DNA of 64,000 nt, taken from Gemmatimonadales bacterium. Lineage in GTDB: Bacteria > Gemmatimonadota > Gemmatimonadetes > Gemmatimonadales > GWC2-71-9. A model generated the notes under the pieces. That model had not been told where the DNA came from. It did not search any database and was given only the letters and a program-made list of their open reading frames with translations. The stretch covers positions 10,104 through 74,103 of the forward strand of contig JBFXBG010000001.1 of NCBI GenBank assembly GCA_050183505.1, in the 5' to 3' direction. Position numbers and translations under genes: made by a program. Position 1 is the first letter of the stretch; every line of letters starts with the position of its first letter. Shown in pieces: positions 17,168 to 26,585 of this stretch.

Positions 17168-17791
17168 ATGCTGATCACAGTCTCGCGCCAATACGGCGCC
17201 GGTGGCTCCCTGGTGGCCCGGACGGTGGCCGATGCCCTGGGCTGGACCGTCGTGGACAACGAACTGATCGACCAGGTGGCCCGGCGCGCGGGACTCTCGC
17301 CCGACGAAGTGGCCGACCGGGAGGAGCGGGTGCCGTCGTTCGTGGAACGCCTGGCCCGCACCCTGGTGGCGCAGCCGGTCGAGGTCATGGTCCCGGCCAC
17401 CCCGCTCACCGAACTGGATGAGGCCGGGCTGGTGCGTCTGACGGAAGTGGTGGTGTCCGAGATCGCGGCCCAGGGCCGGGTCGTGCTGGTGGGACGCGCG
17501 GCCGTGGCGGTCCTGGCGCGCGTGCCCGAAGCCATGCACGTGAAGCTGGTGGCCCCCGTTCCCGCCCGGGTGCAGGTGGTGATGAACCGGATGACCCTGG
17601 ACCGGAAGGAAGCGGAGAAGGCGGTGCACGACGTGGACGCGCGCCGGCTGCGCTACCACCAGGAGTACTACGGCCGGGACTGGGAAGACCCGGCCGGCTA
17701 TCACATGGTGCTCAATACCGCGGCGCTGGGGTTCGACGGGGCGGCGGAGTTGATCGTGAAAAGAGCCGAACGACTGGGATGGAAGGATTGA
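17168..17791 (+). CDS. Cytidylate kinase-like family protein
   Basis: ITVSRQYGAGG P-loop, VLVGRAA, D..R..Y...YY and YHMVLNT motifs. Confidence 0.85.
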   Translation: MLITVSRQYGAGGSLVARTVADALGWTVVDNELIDQVARRAGLSPDEVADREERVPSFVERLARTLVAQPVEVMVPATPLTELDEAGLVRLTEVVVSEIAAQGRVVLVGRAAVAVLARVPEAMHVKLVAPVPARVQVVMNRMTLDRKEAEKAVHDVDARRLRYHQEYYGRDWEDPAGYHMVLNTAALGFDGAAELIVKRAERLGWKD

Positions 17792-17870
17792 GGGATTGAG
17801 GGATTGAGGGATTGAATGCCAGGAAAGTAGCTCCGGCCCGGCATTCAATCCCTCAATCCCTCATTCCTCA
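17783..17870. repeat. Inverted octamer repeats (GAGGGATT)n/(AATCCCTC)n; probable bidirectional terminator hairpin
   Basis: gattgagggattgagggattgagggattgaatgcc ... ggcattcaatccctcaatccctca between convergent genes. Confidence 0.8.
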
Positions 17871-19331
17871 GAAGCCCTTTCCGAACGGCGGCTCTCTCCG
17901 CTCGGGCCGGGCCCGGGTATAGCCGACGTCCTCGGCCCGGCTGATGCGCTTCTGGGCGGTGAGGGCCTCGAGGATGAGCTCGCACCCCGCGACGGTGACG
18001 CCGGGGTGGTTGTCGTCGGCCCAGCCGTTGCGCTGGACGACATCGAGCAGACCCGGTACGACCGCGAACCCCTTGAGGCAGGTCTCGGCCCGCTCGTCGG
18101 CGGCGACCTTGAGCGCCCCGCCCTCGTCGAACCAGGTGACGATGTCGTCCATCATCTCGTGCGGCAGGCTTTCGTCGACGACCCGTCCCGCCGCCCGCCG
18201 GATGAGTTCCTTGGCGATGGTCTCCCCACCCTGCAGCTCCCCTTCGTATTCCAGCTCGAGCTTGCCGGTGATCGAGGGGATCGCGGCGTAGACATCGTCC
18301 ACCCGGGGCACGACGGCGTCTTCTCCCACCACGATGGCCCGCCGCTCGGCACCGGACACGGCGTTCTCGAGCACACTGATCGGCAGCCGCTGGCTAACCC
18401 CGGAGCGCCGGTCGATTCGCTTGTCGTCCCGGGCCTCGAACGCCACCCGCTCGATCAGCTCGGCGATGAACGACGGGATGATCCGGGGCCGGGTCCCGCT
18501 GCCGGCCGGCCGGTCGACCCAGGCCTCCTGCCGGGTGATGGCCATGCCCAGCTCGACCTCGCGGGGATAGTGGGTCATGATCTCCGACCCGATCCGGTCC
18601 TTGAGCGGCGTGATGATCTTGCCCCGCGCGGTGTAATCCTCCGGGTTGGCGGTGAAAGCCATCAGCACGTCGAGCCGGAGGCGGACCGGGTAGCCTTTGA
18701 TCTGGACGTCACCTTCCTGCATGATGTTGAACAGGCCCACCTGGATCTTGCCGCTCAGGTCGGGCAGCTCGTTGATGGCGAAGACACCGCGGTTGGCCCG
18801 CGGCAGCAGCCCGAAGTGCATGGTGAGCTCGTCGGACAGCAGGTGGCCGCCGCGCGCGGCCTTGATCGGATCGACGTCGCCCAGGATGTCGGCGATGGTG
18901 ACGTCGGGCGTCGCGAGCTTCTCAACGTAGCGGTCCTCCCGGCCGAGCCACGCCACCGGCGTCGCATCGCCGCATTCGTCGATCATGTCCCGCGCGAATT
19001 TCGAAATCGGGGAGAACGGGTCGTCGTTCACCTCGCTGCCCGCGACGATGGGAATGTGCTCGTCGAGAAAGCCCACCAGCTGGCGCAGGATCCGGCTCTT
19101 GGCCTGTCCGCGGAGGCCCAGCAGGATGAAGTGATGCCGCGACAGCAGGGCGTTGACCAGCTGCGGCAGGATCGACTCCTCATAGCCTACGATGCCGGGG
19201 AACAGATCCTCCCCCGCTTCCAGCATGCGCATGATATTGGCGCGAACTTCGTCCCTGACGCTGCGCCCCCGGAGCGGCGGCTCGGCCCAGGGACTGCGCT
19301 TCAGTTCGCCAAGGGTGCGGGGAAGTGTCAT
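17868..19331 (-). CDS. Mg-chelatase ChlI/MoxR-like AAA+ ATPase
   Basis: Walker A variant GLRGQAKS, YVEKLATPD, Walker B FAINE, and TANPEDYTARG. Start at MTLPRTLGEL. Confidence 0.9.
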   Translation of the reverse strand: MTLPRTLGELKRSPWAEPPLRGRSVRDEVRANIMRMLEAGEDLFPGIVGYEESILPQLVNALLSRHHFILLGLRGQAKSRILRQLVGFLDEHIPIVAGSEVNDDPFSPISKFARDMIDECGDATPVAWLGREDRYVEKLATPDVTIADILGDVDPIKAARGGHLLSDELTMHFGLLPRANRGVFAINELPDLSGKIQVGLFNIMQEGDVQIKGYPVRLRLDVLMAFTANPEDYTARGKIITPLKDRIGSEIMTHYPREVELGMAITRQEAWVDRPAGSGTRPRIIPSFIAELIERVAFEARDDKRIDRRSGVSQRLPISVLENAVSGAERRAIVVGEDAVVPRVDDVYAAIPSITGKLELEYEGELQGGETIAKELIRRAAGRVVDESLPHEMMDDIVTWFDEGGALKVAADERAETCLKGFAVVPGLLDVVQRNGWADDNHPGVTVAGCELILEALTAQKRISRAEDVGYTRARPERREPPFGKGF

Positions 19332-19576
19332 GATCGGCCGGTTCCTCTCGCTGGATGAGCGGCCCGTCCACTCCGGGCCACTCCGTAGTGTAACCCTGTC
19401 CGGAAGCGGGGTCGGTATCTCGCTCCGGGGCAAGGACTTATACGCCGTCTGCCCGGGAGTGTTCCCCCCTCCATCCGGTCCCAGCCGGTTCCATGGGAGA
19501 ACCGGATGCCGGTCCGGCACGTTCTCCGCCCGAGTGTGAGGCAGATCACCAAACGGCGGCGCGGCCCTCATGCCGC

Positions 19577-19604
19577 TTGACAAATCAAATCCACGCAATA
19601 GCTT
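19577..19604 (+). promoter_or_regulatory. Sigma70-like promoter for the small lipoprotein
   Basis: TTGACA-N16-TAGCTT. Confidence 0.45.
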
Positions 19605-19684
19605 GCCGCGCGCTTGCAGCCGACGACAGTGACGGCGTAGCAACGAGCATTCGACTTGTCCCGTACCCCACAGAGGAGTGTCCC

Positions 19685-19894
19685 ATGAAGAAGGTACTAT
19701 TGAGCCTGGCCCTGGTCGTGGTGGCCGTTGCCGCCTGCGAAAAGAAGGCGGAGAATCAGCCGGCCGCTGACTCCTCGGCGATGATGCAGCAGGATTCATC
19801 GGCGATGATGATGCAGCACGACTCGATGCAGATGGGCGACAGCGGCATGATGCAGGACAGCATGATGCCCCGGGATACCGCCAAGCAGATGTAA
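19685..19894 (+). CDS. Small Met/Asp/Ser/Gln-rich lipoprotein (69 aa)
   Basis: GAGGAG RBS, MKK+hydrophobic+VAAC lipobox, repeats DSSAMMQQ/DSSAMMMQH/DSMQMG/DSGMMQ/DSMM, own terminator. Confidence 0.85.
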   Translation: MKKVLLSLALVVVAVAACEKKAENQPAADSSAMMQQDSSAMMMQHDSMQMGDSGMMQDSMMPRDTAKQM

Positions 19895-19920
19895 GCTGCT
19901 GGCTGCACTGTCGCTGCGCG

Positions 19921-19956
19921 AGAAGCCCCGGTCCGGCAGGACCGGGGCTTCTTGTT
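19921..19956. terminator. Rho-independent terminator
   Basis: AGAAGCCCCGGTCC-ggca-GGACCGGGGCTTCT followed by tgtt. Confidence 0.85.
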
Positions 19957-19957
19957 G

Positions 19958-20935
19958 TCACTCCCCGAGCAGCCGGCCGGCTCGCTCGAGACCCTCCCGA
20001 TGATCGACCACCGGCCGCCAATCCAGTTGCTCCACTGCCCGGGCCGAGGTGTAGGGATTGCCGCCGCGCCAGAATCCCACCGCCGAGCGCAGCGAGCCGG
20101 GATACCGCCGCCGCAGCATTCTGCCGGCGAGCGAGTCGACCACGCGGGCCAGGGCGAAGGCGGCCGGCTCGGGGACCGGGACGACCCGGATCTTCCGGCC
20201 AATCCCGCGACCGAGGGCCTCCACGAACAACCGCGCGGTGACTTCGCCGTCGTTGGTCAGGTTGTAGGACCGCCCGCGGGCAGCCGGCCGGTCGAGCGCG
20301 GCCACGATCCCCACCGCGACGTTGCGCGCGTGGACCAGCGTGAGGGGGCGGGTGCCGTGGCCCACCACGGGGGCCCAGCCGTGGCGCAGGGCGCGCGCGA
20401 CGCGGGGCAGGAACAGGCGGTCGCCTTCGCCATAGATGACGCAGGGCCTGAACGCCGTGGCGTCCAGTCCACGGGCGGCCTCCTCCCAGACGGCCTCTTC
20501 GGCGAGACGCTTGGATCGTGCGTAGAAGTTGTTTTCCGGGAGTTCCCCGAAGGCCGCATCTTCGGTTATGGGGAGCGGCCGGCCCTTCTGCCGGCCGTAC
20601 ACCGCAACCGACGACACGTGCAGCAGCGGCACGCCCAGTTCACGCGCCCGGGCGGCGGCAAGCCGGGTGCCTTCGACGTTGACCTGCCGGTAGCGATCCC
20701 AGCCGCCGCGGGTGGAGATCACGGCGGCGCTGTGGATGATGGCCTCGCAGTCCTCGACCCGGGCCCAGGTATCGGGCGCCTCGACGGTACCGATGAGCGT
20801 GCCGGCGCCGTGACGCCTGAGCATCTCCGCCGCCGTCTCGGTCCGCGCCAGAGCGCGGACGCTGCGGTTCCTGCTGCGGAGTTCATCGAGAATGTGCAGG
20901 CCAAGGAGGCCGGTGCCGCCGGTCAGGAAGATCAT
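19958..20935 (-). CDS. NAD-dependent epimerase/dehydratase (extended SDR)
   Basis: FLTGGTGLLG, VNVEGT, VSSVAVYG and YARSK motifs. ATGA overlap with the upstream gene. Confidence 0.9.
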   Translation of the reverse strand: MIFLTGGTGLLGLHILDELRSRNRSVRALARTETAAEMLRRHGAGTLIGTVEAPDTWARVEDCEAIIHSAAVISTRGGWDRYRQVNVEGTRLAAARARELGVPLLHVSSVAVYGRQKGRPLPITEDAAFGELPENNFYARSKRLAEEAVWEEAARGLDATAFRPCVIYGEGDRLFLPRVARALRHGWAPVVGHGTRPLTLVHARNVAVGIVAALDRPAARGRSYNLTNDGEVTARLFVEALGRGIGRKIRVVPVPEPAAFALARVVDSLAGRMLRRRYPGSLRSAVGFWRGGNPYTSARAVEQLDWRPVVDHREGLERAGRLLGE

Positions 20936-21921
20936 GCTTCCAGGACGGCGTCCGAGAACGGGAGGGCGACGACCCAGGCCAGCTGCCCGCCGGCGGTGAC
21001 CGTCTCTCCGTCGTGGATCTCCCGGCGGATGGGCGCGAGGCCGATCCGCCGCCGGGCCAGAAGCAGCGTGGAGCGGATGCTGCCGACCTCCCGGCCATCG
21101 CAGATGACCGAACGGTCGGAGAGCGGCAGGGGGTCGTCCCACACCAGGCCGCGCAGCCCGCGGTTGGTGTGTCCCCGGAAGTGCAGCCGGGCCACGGTCT
21201 CCTGGCCGGTATAGCAGCCCTTGGTGTAGGAGACGCCGCCGATCTCGTCGTAGCGGACTTCCTGCGGCAGGGTCTTGGTGTCGATTTCCGCGCCGAGGGC
21301 CGGCCATCCCGCCAGGATGCGGGCGGCCTCGAGATCGCCGGTCTCGCCCGGAATGGCACCCGCGGCCTCCAGGCTCCGGCTCACCAGTTCGAGCGCCGGA
21401 CCGGTCCCGGTCAGCAGAACCTGAAACGGGGCCGCCGGCTGGGGCCGCGCAACCGCGACACTGCCGGCGTCGGTGATGATTTCCGCGACCCGGCCGGCTC
21501 CTTCCGGCAGCGGACGCAGGTTGCTCTCCTCCAGCACCTCCACGGCCTGCTCTCCGATCATCCAGGCCGCCTGAATCTCGCCGGTGAGGTCGGCCGCCCG
21601 CGCCAGGCGCGGGGGAAGACTCCGGCTGAAGATCTCGGCGGTGGCCTCCCGGCCCTGCGCCGGCACGAGCAGGGTGAACCCGGTGTGGCGCCGCAGCGCC
21701 CAGAGGTCCACGACGATCATTCCCTTGGGCGTGAGCAGCGCGCCGTAAACCAGGCTTCCAGCGCCGGGGCCGACCAGGTCGTTGGTGAGCAGTCCCTGGA
21801 GACAATCGACCACGCCGGTACCCTGGACGTCGAAGGCCGCCACCGGCCCCCGGGCGATGACCGCCCCCTGCCGGATGCGGTGCAGATGCAGATCGTCGAT
21901 GGAGAGATCGAGCTCAACCAT
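20932..21921 (-). CDS. ygfZ: YgfZ/GcvT-like folate-binding Fe-S repair protein
   Basis: LQGLLTND, LTPKG and signature KGCYTGQETVAR. Confidence 0.9.
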   Translation of the reverse strand: MVELDLSIDDLHLHRIRQGAVIARGPVAAFDVQGTGVVDCLQGLLTNDLVGPGAGSLVYGALLTPKGMIVVDLWALRRHTGFTLLVPAQGREATAEIFSRSLPPRLARAADLTGEIQAAWMIGEQAVEVLEESNLRPLPEGAGRVAEIITDAGSVAVARPQPAAPFQVLLTGTGPALELVSRSLEAAGAIPGETGDLEAARILAGWPALGAEIDTKTLPQEVRYDEIGGVSYTKGCYTGQETVARLHFRGHTNRGLRGLVWDDPLPLSDRSVICDGREVGSIRSTLLLARRRIGLAPIRREIHDGETVTAGGQLAWVVALPFSDAVLEA

Positions 21922-22573
21922 GGGACACGAGTTCTTCCGGCCGGTGATCGGTGAAGTCACGCCAGACAACCGGCGCCCGGGTCAGCGTCTCGGCCGGGTA
22001 GGACGTCGCAAGCATCACACACGCGGCGCCGGCGCTTCGGGCCGCGTCGTATCCCGGAAGCGAGTCTTCGAACGCGACGGCCTCGCTGCCCGGCACGCCC
22101 AGCAACTCCAGCCCGCGCCGATACCCGGCCGGGTCGGGTTTTCCTGCGGTGACGTCCTCCGCGCCGACCACGTGCTCGAAGGCGGAGTCCAGGCCGGCCC
22201 GGGAGAGTCCGAACTCGACTTCCCGCCGGAGCGCACCCGAAACCACCGCCATCCGGTATCCGTCGCGGGCCGCCGCGCGGATGAATCGATCGACCCCCGG
22301 GACCAGCGCCAGATCCTGGTCGATCTCCTTCCGCCAGAGCTGGTGCTTCCGCTCGATCAGCGCGGCGAGACCCTGATCGTCGACCCGCATCCGGGTGCCG
22401 GCCAGGGCGCGACGAAAACACTCCCGGTCGTCCAGGCCAAGGTAGTCCCGGTAGTAGGTCGTTCTGTCGAACGGAACGTGCAGCTCCGCGAGCGCCCCGA
22501 TGAGGGCACGGCAGTGCTGCGGTTCGTCATCCACGATGACGCCGTTGAAATCAAACAGAAAGGCCAGGGGCAT
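21914..22573 (-). CDS. HAD superfamily phosphatase (beta-PGM/Gph-like)
   Basis: FDFNGVIVD, GKPDP and FEDS motifs. Confidence 0.88.
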   Translation of the reverse strand: MPLAFLFDFNGVIVDDEPQHCRALIGALAELHVPFDRTTYYRDYLGLDDRECFRRALAGTRMRVDDQGLAALIERKHQLWRKEIDQDLALVPGVDRFIRAAARDGYRMAVVSGALRREVEFGLSRAGLDSAFEHVVGAEDVTAGKPDPAGYRRGLELLGVPGSEAVAFEDSLPGYDAARSAGAACVMLATSYPAETLTRAPVVWRDFTDHRPEELVSHG

Positions 22574-22620
22574 GGAAGAAGGGTAAGCGGGGTGGTGGGC
22601 TGGAGGTAGGCGGGCGGGGA

Positions 22621-22720
22621 TCAGACGGTCAGACGGTCAGACGGTCAGACGGTCGGACGGTCAGACGGTCAGACGGCTGGACGCCATCTCCTGATGCCCG
22701 ATCCCCGATCCCCGATCTCC
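22621..22720. repeat. Octamer (TCAGACGG) about x7 plus heptamer (CCCCGAT) x3 at the glcF end
   Basis: Read directly. It overlaps the 3' end of the glcF ORF. Confidence 0.85.
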
Positions 22721-23941
22721 GGCTCCGAGATACGCCTGATCCAGCAGCTCCACCGGGTGTACCACCGGAATGTCGATGCCCGCCGCCCGGAGTCCCGCGC
22801 CGATCTGCATCAGGCAGCCGGGATTCCCGGTCGCGATTACGTCGGGGCGGGGTACGGCCTCGGCGATGACCCGGATCTTCGCCTCGAGCACGGCACGGGA
22901 CATCGCCGGCTGGACCGCCGAGTAGATACCGGCGCTGCCGCAGCACTGGTCATGACCGGGCAGCAGAGTCAGGGTCATCCCGGGAATCGCGCCGAGGAGC
23001 GCCAGCACCTGATGGTGCACGCCCTGGGCGTGCTGCAGGTGGCAGGGCGCGTCGTAGGCGACATGCAGAGGAAGCGGGCCGGCAGTCCGCGGGCCGGCGT
23101 CGGCCAGCAGTTCGGCGACGTCACGCACGCCGGCGGAAAACGCCCGGGCCTCGTCCGTTCCGAGCAGGGCGCCGTACTGTTTGAGCAACGCGCCGCAGCC
23201 GGCGCTGTCGACCACGACGAAATCGGCCGCACCGGCGAGCCCGTGGATGTTCTGCCGCGCCAGCGCCCGGGCGTCTTCCAGCATCCCGGCGTGGGCGTGC
23301 AGGGCGCCGCAACAGACCTGGGTCCTGACGTCCACGACCCGATAGCCGTTGGCCTCCAGCGTACGGCGGGTCGCGCCGTGCACCTGGCCGAAGAGCCCGT
23401 CCATGACGCAGCCGGAGAAGAGCGCGACGGCAGGACCGCCGGCAGGACCGCCGGACCGACGGACCGGCGGACCGGCCGGCCGGCGGACGGTGGGCCTCGT
23501 CGCCGCGATCATGCCCAGCCCGAAGCCCACTCGGGATCCGCCGGCCAGCCGCGCGGGGAGTCCGGTTTCGCGCAGCGCCCGCACCGCGGCGAGGAGCGGG
23601 CGCCAGACGGCCTTGCGGCGGAAGACGCCCAGGATGAACCGGGCCATGCCGGGGAGGCCGGCTTCCCGCGCGAGGATCTCGCGGGCGGCTTCGAGCCCGG
23701 CACCGTAGCCGACCCCGGACGGGCACACGGGCTCGCAGCCGCGGCAGCCCAGACAGGCATCGAGATGCTCGCGCAGGGCCGGGTCGTCCGGTGCCAGTTC
23801 GCCCTGCTCGAGGGCTCGCATCAGCACGATGCGGCCCCGGGGACTGTCGGCTTCATCCCCGGTGGCGAGATAGGTGGGGCAGGCCTGGAGGCAGAAACCG
23901 CAGTGGACGCAGGGATCCAGCGCGTGGAATCCGCCGCTCAT
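22661..23941 (-). CDS. glcF: Glycolate oxidase Fe-S subunit
   Basis: CVHCGFCLQACPTY, CLGCRGCEPVCPSGV and two CCG domains (CCGA, CCGSAG, NPGC). Confidence 0.88.
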   Translation of the reverse strand: MSGGFHALDPCVHCGFCLQACPTYLATGDEADSPRGRIVLMRALEQGELAPDDPALREHLDACLGCRGCEPVCPSGVGYGAGLEAAREILAREAGLPGMARFILGVFRRKAVWRPLLAAVRALRETGLPARLAGGSRVGFGLGMIAATRPTVRRPAGPPVRRSGGPAGGPAVALFSGCVMDGLFGQVHGATRRTLEANGYRVVDVRTQVCCGALHAHAGMLEDARALARQNIHGLAGAADFVVVDSAGCGALLKQYGALLGTDEARAFSAGVRDVAELLADAGPRTAGPLPLHVAYDAPCHLQHAQGVHHQVLALLGAIPGMTLTLLPGHDQCCGSAGIYSAVQPAMSRAVLEAKIRVIAEAVPRPDVIATGNPGCLMQIGAGLRAAGIDIPVVHPVELLDQAYLGAGDRGSGIGHQEMASSRLTV

Positions 23942-25152
23942 GTTCTGGATCCCTCGAGCGCGATCGACAACTGCCCACCGGGGTCGAACTCCTCGCGCAA
24001 CCGGGTCACGATGAGTCCCACGCCTTCGCGATAGGCCCCGAAGTGCCCGACCTCGAGCCGGATCGGCCAGGGTGCGCGCTCCAGGGTGAGCGGGATCTCC
24101 CGCGCGGCAGCCAGGTGCCGGAGGTTCCGCAGCCGGTCGGGAGCGGCCTCACCGGTCCAGCGGATCGTGCCTTCACCCGCACCGGCGGAGAGCAGCCCTT
24201 CGTCGAGATCATTCGCGACCAGGTCGAGCGTGTCGTCCAGGCTCGGCGGCAGCGCGCTGAGCCGGATGGTGACCGGTCCGCCGAGGGCGGCGCGGGCGGC
24301 CAGGGTCCAGAAGGCGTGGGTGCGGTCGGCCGGCAGCGGCGTCCAGGTGATGCCTCCGCGGACCGGCAGCCGCTGAACCTCCGATCGCACGCTGGCTTCT
24401 CCACCGAGGAACCTCGCCGCCAGCACCCAGTCGGCCTCGGCCGCGAGGGCGGGGGAGAACAGCTCGAGGGCGGCCGGCGCCAGCTGCTGCTCCAGCAGTT
24501 CCCGGCCGATCGAGAGCAGGGCGTCCCGGTCGCCCCGGGCGGTCATGGTGGCGTCGGCCCGGGGCAGGGTGCGAAGCCGGAGGTGGAGCTCGGTCACGAT
24601 GCCGAATCCGCCGAAGCCTCCGACCATGAGCTTGGTCAGATCGTAGCCGGCGACGTTCTTCACCACCCGGGCACCGACCAGGATGACGCGGCCGTCGCCG
24701 CACACGACCGCGCATCCCATGATGTGATCACGGACGGGCCCGAATCCCTGCCGCAGCGGGCCCGCCGTGGCGGTCGCGGCGATCGAGCCCAGGGTGCGAT
24801 CCGGACGGCCCGGGGGATCGACGGCGAACCACATGCCGTGGTCGCCCAGCTGCCGGCGAAGACTCTCCAGCGTGATGCCGGCCTGCACCGAGGCGATGAG
24901 ATCCGCCGGGCTCACCTGAATGACCCGGTGCATGCCGCTCAGTGACAGGGTCAGATCGGCCGGGGCATCCGGCTGCAGCCAGGTGCCGCCCCCCTCGATC
25001 CGGATCCGCCATCCCTCGGCGTGGGCCAGGCCGCAGACCTGTGCCACCGTGTCGGTGCCGTCGGGCACGACCCTGGGCAGGCCGTGCGGGTCCCGTTCGA
25101 CCATCCCGTCTCCCAGGACCTGTTTCAGCCGGGTGAATACCAGTTCGCTCAT
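23938..25152 (-). CDS. glcE: FAD-binding oxidoreductase, GlcE-like
   Basis: GARVVKNVAGYDLTKL, FDP C-terminal motif, and position between glcD and glcF. Confidence 0.82.
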   Translation of the reverse strand: MSELVFTRLKQVLGDGMVERDPHGLPRVVPDGTDTVAQVCGLAHAEGWRIRIEGGGTWLQPDAPADLTLSLSGMHRVIQVSPADLIASVQAGITLESLRRQLGDHGMWFAVDPPGRPDRTLGSIAATATAGPLRQGFGPVRDHIMGCAVVCGDGRVILVGARVVKNVAGYDLTKLMVGGFGGFGIVTELHLRLRTLPRADATMTARGDRDALLSIGRELLEQQLAPAALELFSPALAAEADWVLAARFLGGEASVRSEVQRLPVRGGITWTPLPADRTHAFWTLAARAALGGPVTIRLSALPPSLDDTLDLVANDLDEGLLSAGAGEGTIRWTGEAAPDRLRNLRHLAAAREIPLTLERAPWPIRLEVGHFGAYREGVGLIVTRLREEFDPGGQLSIALEGSRT

Positions 25153-26585
25153 GGGCTAGCCGTCCCGGATACTGGTGAACCGGCCCGGTGCCATTCGCGG
25201 CAGACCCGGACCGGGATCACCTTGCCTGGATTGGCCCGTTCATCCGGGTCGAAGACCCGCCGGACCTCGCACATGGCGTGAAGCGTCGCCGCATCGAACA
25301 TCCGCTCCATGTAGTCCACCTTGTCCGATCCGACGCCGTGTTCTCCCGTGATCGATCCGCCCGCATCGAGGCAGGCGCTCATGATCTCCGCGCTGGCCTG
25401 CCGGACGCGTTCCGCCATCGCCGGGTTCCGCCGGTCGAAGCTGATGTTCGGGTGCAGGTTGCCGTCCCCGGCATGGAAGACATTGCTGATGGTCAGATCG
25501 TGATGGCGACGGATGGCTTCGATCCGGTCGAGGATGTCGGGGAGCGACGACCGCGGAACCACGGCGTCCTGGACCGCCAGGTCCGGCGCGATTCTGCCCA
25601 TGGCGCCGAAGGCCTTTTTCCGGCCCTGCCACAGCCGGGCCCGGTCGGCCGGGGCTTCGGCGATCTGGACCGACCGGGCACCGTGGCCGCGGAGCAGCGC
25701 TTCGACGCCGGCGGCCTCATCCTCGACCGCGTCCGTGTGGCCGTCCAGTTCGACCAGCAGCACGGCCGCGGCATCCGTGGGATAGCCGGCGGCGTAGATC
25801 GAGGCCTCGACCGCGCGGACACAGCTCTGGTCCATCATCTCCAGCGCGGCCGGGACCACGCCCGAGGCGATGATTCCGGATACGGCCTCGCTCGCGGCGC
25901 GCACGGTGAGAAAGTCGGCCAGCATGGTCCGGATCTTCTGGGGCAGGGGGACCAGGCGTACGGTGATCTGCAGCGCCACGCCGAACATTCCTTCGCATCC
26001 GACGAACAGTCCGGCGAGATCCGGGCCCCAGCCGTCACCCTGGGGAGAGCCGAGGGTGCAGAGGGTACCGTCGGACAGCAGCGCCCGGATCTGGACCACG
26101 TGGTTGGTGGTGACGCCGTACTTCAGGCAGTGGGGGCCGCCGGCATTCTCCGCCACGTTCCCGCCCAGGGTGCAGGCGCTCTGGCTGGAGGGATCCGGCG
26201 CGTACTGCAACCCGGATTTCGCGGCCGCTTCCGAGAGCCGGCTGTTGATGACGCCCGGCTCCACCACGGCGCGGCGGCTCGAGGGATCGATCGACAGGAT
26301 GCGATTGAGCCGGGTCAGGGTCACGATGACGGCGTCCGGATCCGCCAGCGCCCCGCCCGAGAGGCCGGTCCCCGCCCCGCGTGCGACGAACGGAACTCCC
26401 GCGGCGTGGAGCCGGCGGACCACCGCCACCGTCTGCGCCGCGTCGGCCGGCAGGACGACGAGCCGGGGCGTGGATTCGTGGGTCGGGAGCCCGTCCGAGC
26501 GGTAGGTGGCGAGCTCGGCGGGACGCGAGCGCACCCACCGGGCCCCGACGATGGCCGCCAGCGAATCCGCCAGCGCTTCAGCCAT
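25149..26585 (-). CDS. glcD: FAD-linked glycolate oxidase subunit
   Basis: RGAGTGLSGG, PDPSSQ, GGNVAENAGGPHCLKYG, HAGDGNLHP and GEHGVG motifs. Confidence 0.88.
   Translation of the reverse strand: MAEALADSLAAIVGARWVRSRPAELATYRSDGLPTHESTPRLVVLPADAAQTVAVVRRLHAAGVPFVARGAGTGLSGGALADPDAVIVTLTRLNRILSIDPSSRRAVVEPGVINSRLSEAAAKSGLQYAPDPSSQSACTLGGNVAENAGGPHCLKYGVTTNHVVQIRALLSDGTLCTLGSPQGDGWGPDLAGLFVGCEGMFGVALQITVRLVPLPQKIRTMLADFLTVRAASEAVSGIIASGVVPAALEMMDQSCVRAVEASIYAAGYPTDAAAVLLVELDGHTDAVEDEAAGVEALLRGHGARSVQIAEAPADRARLWQGRKKAFGAMGRIAPDLAVQDAVVPRSSLPDILDRIEAIRRHHDLTISNVFHAGDGNLHPNISFDRRNPAMAERVRQASAEIMSACLDAGGSITGEHGVGSDKVDYMERMFDAATLHAMCEVRRVFDPDERANPGKVIPVRVCREWHRAGSPVSGTASP

Noticed and set aside
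19958-21805. N-terminally extended or fused ORFs (epimerase 615 aa, tsaD 636 aa, acpS 328 aa, ATPase 717 aa)
   Set aside because: The extensions overlap other real genes or promoter DNA in another frame; the true starts are internal, mostly at stop/start overlaps.
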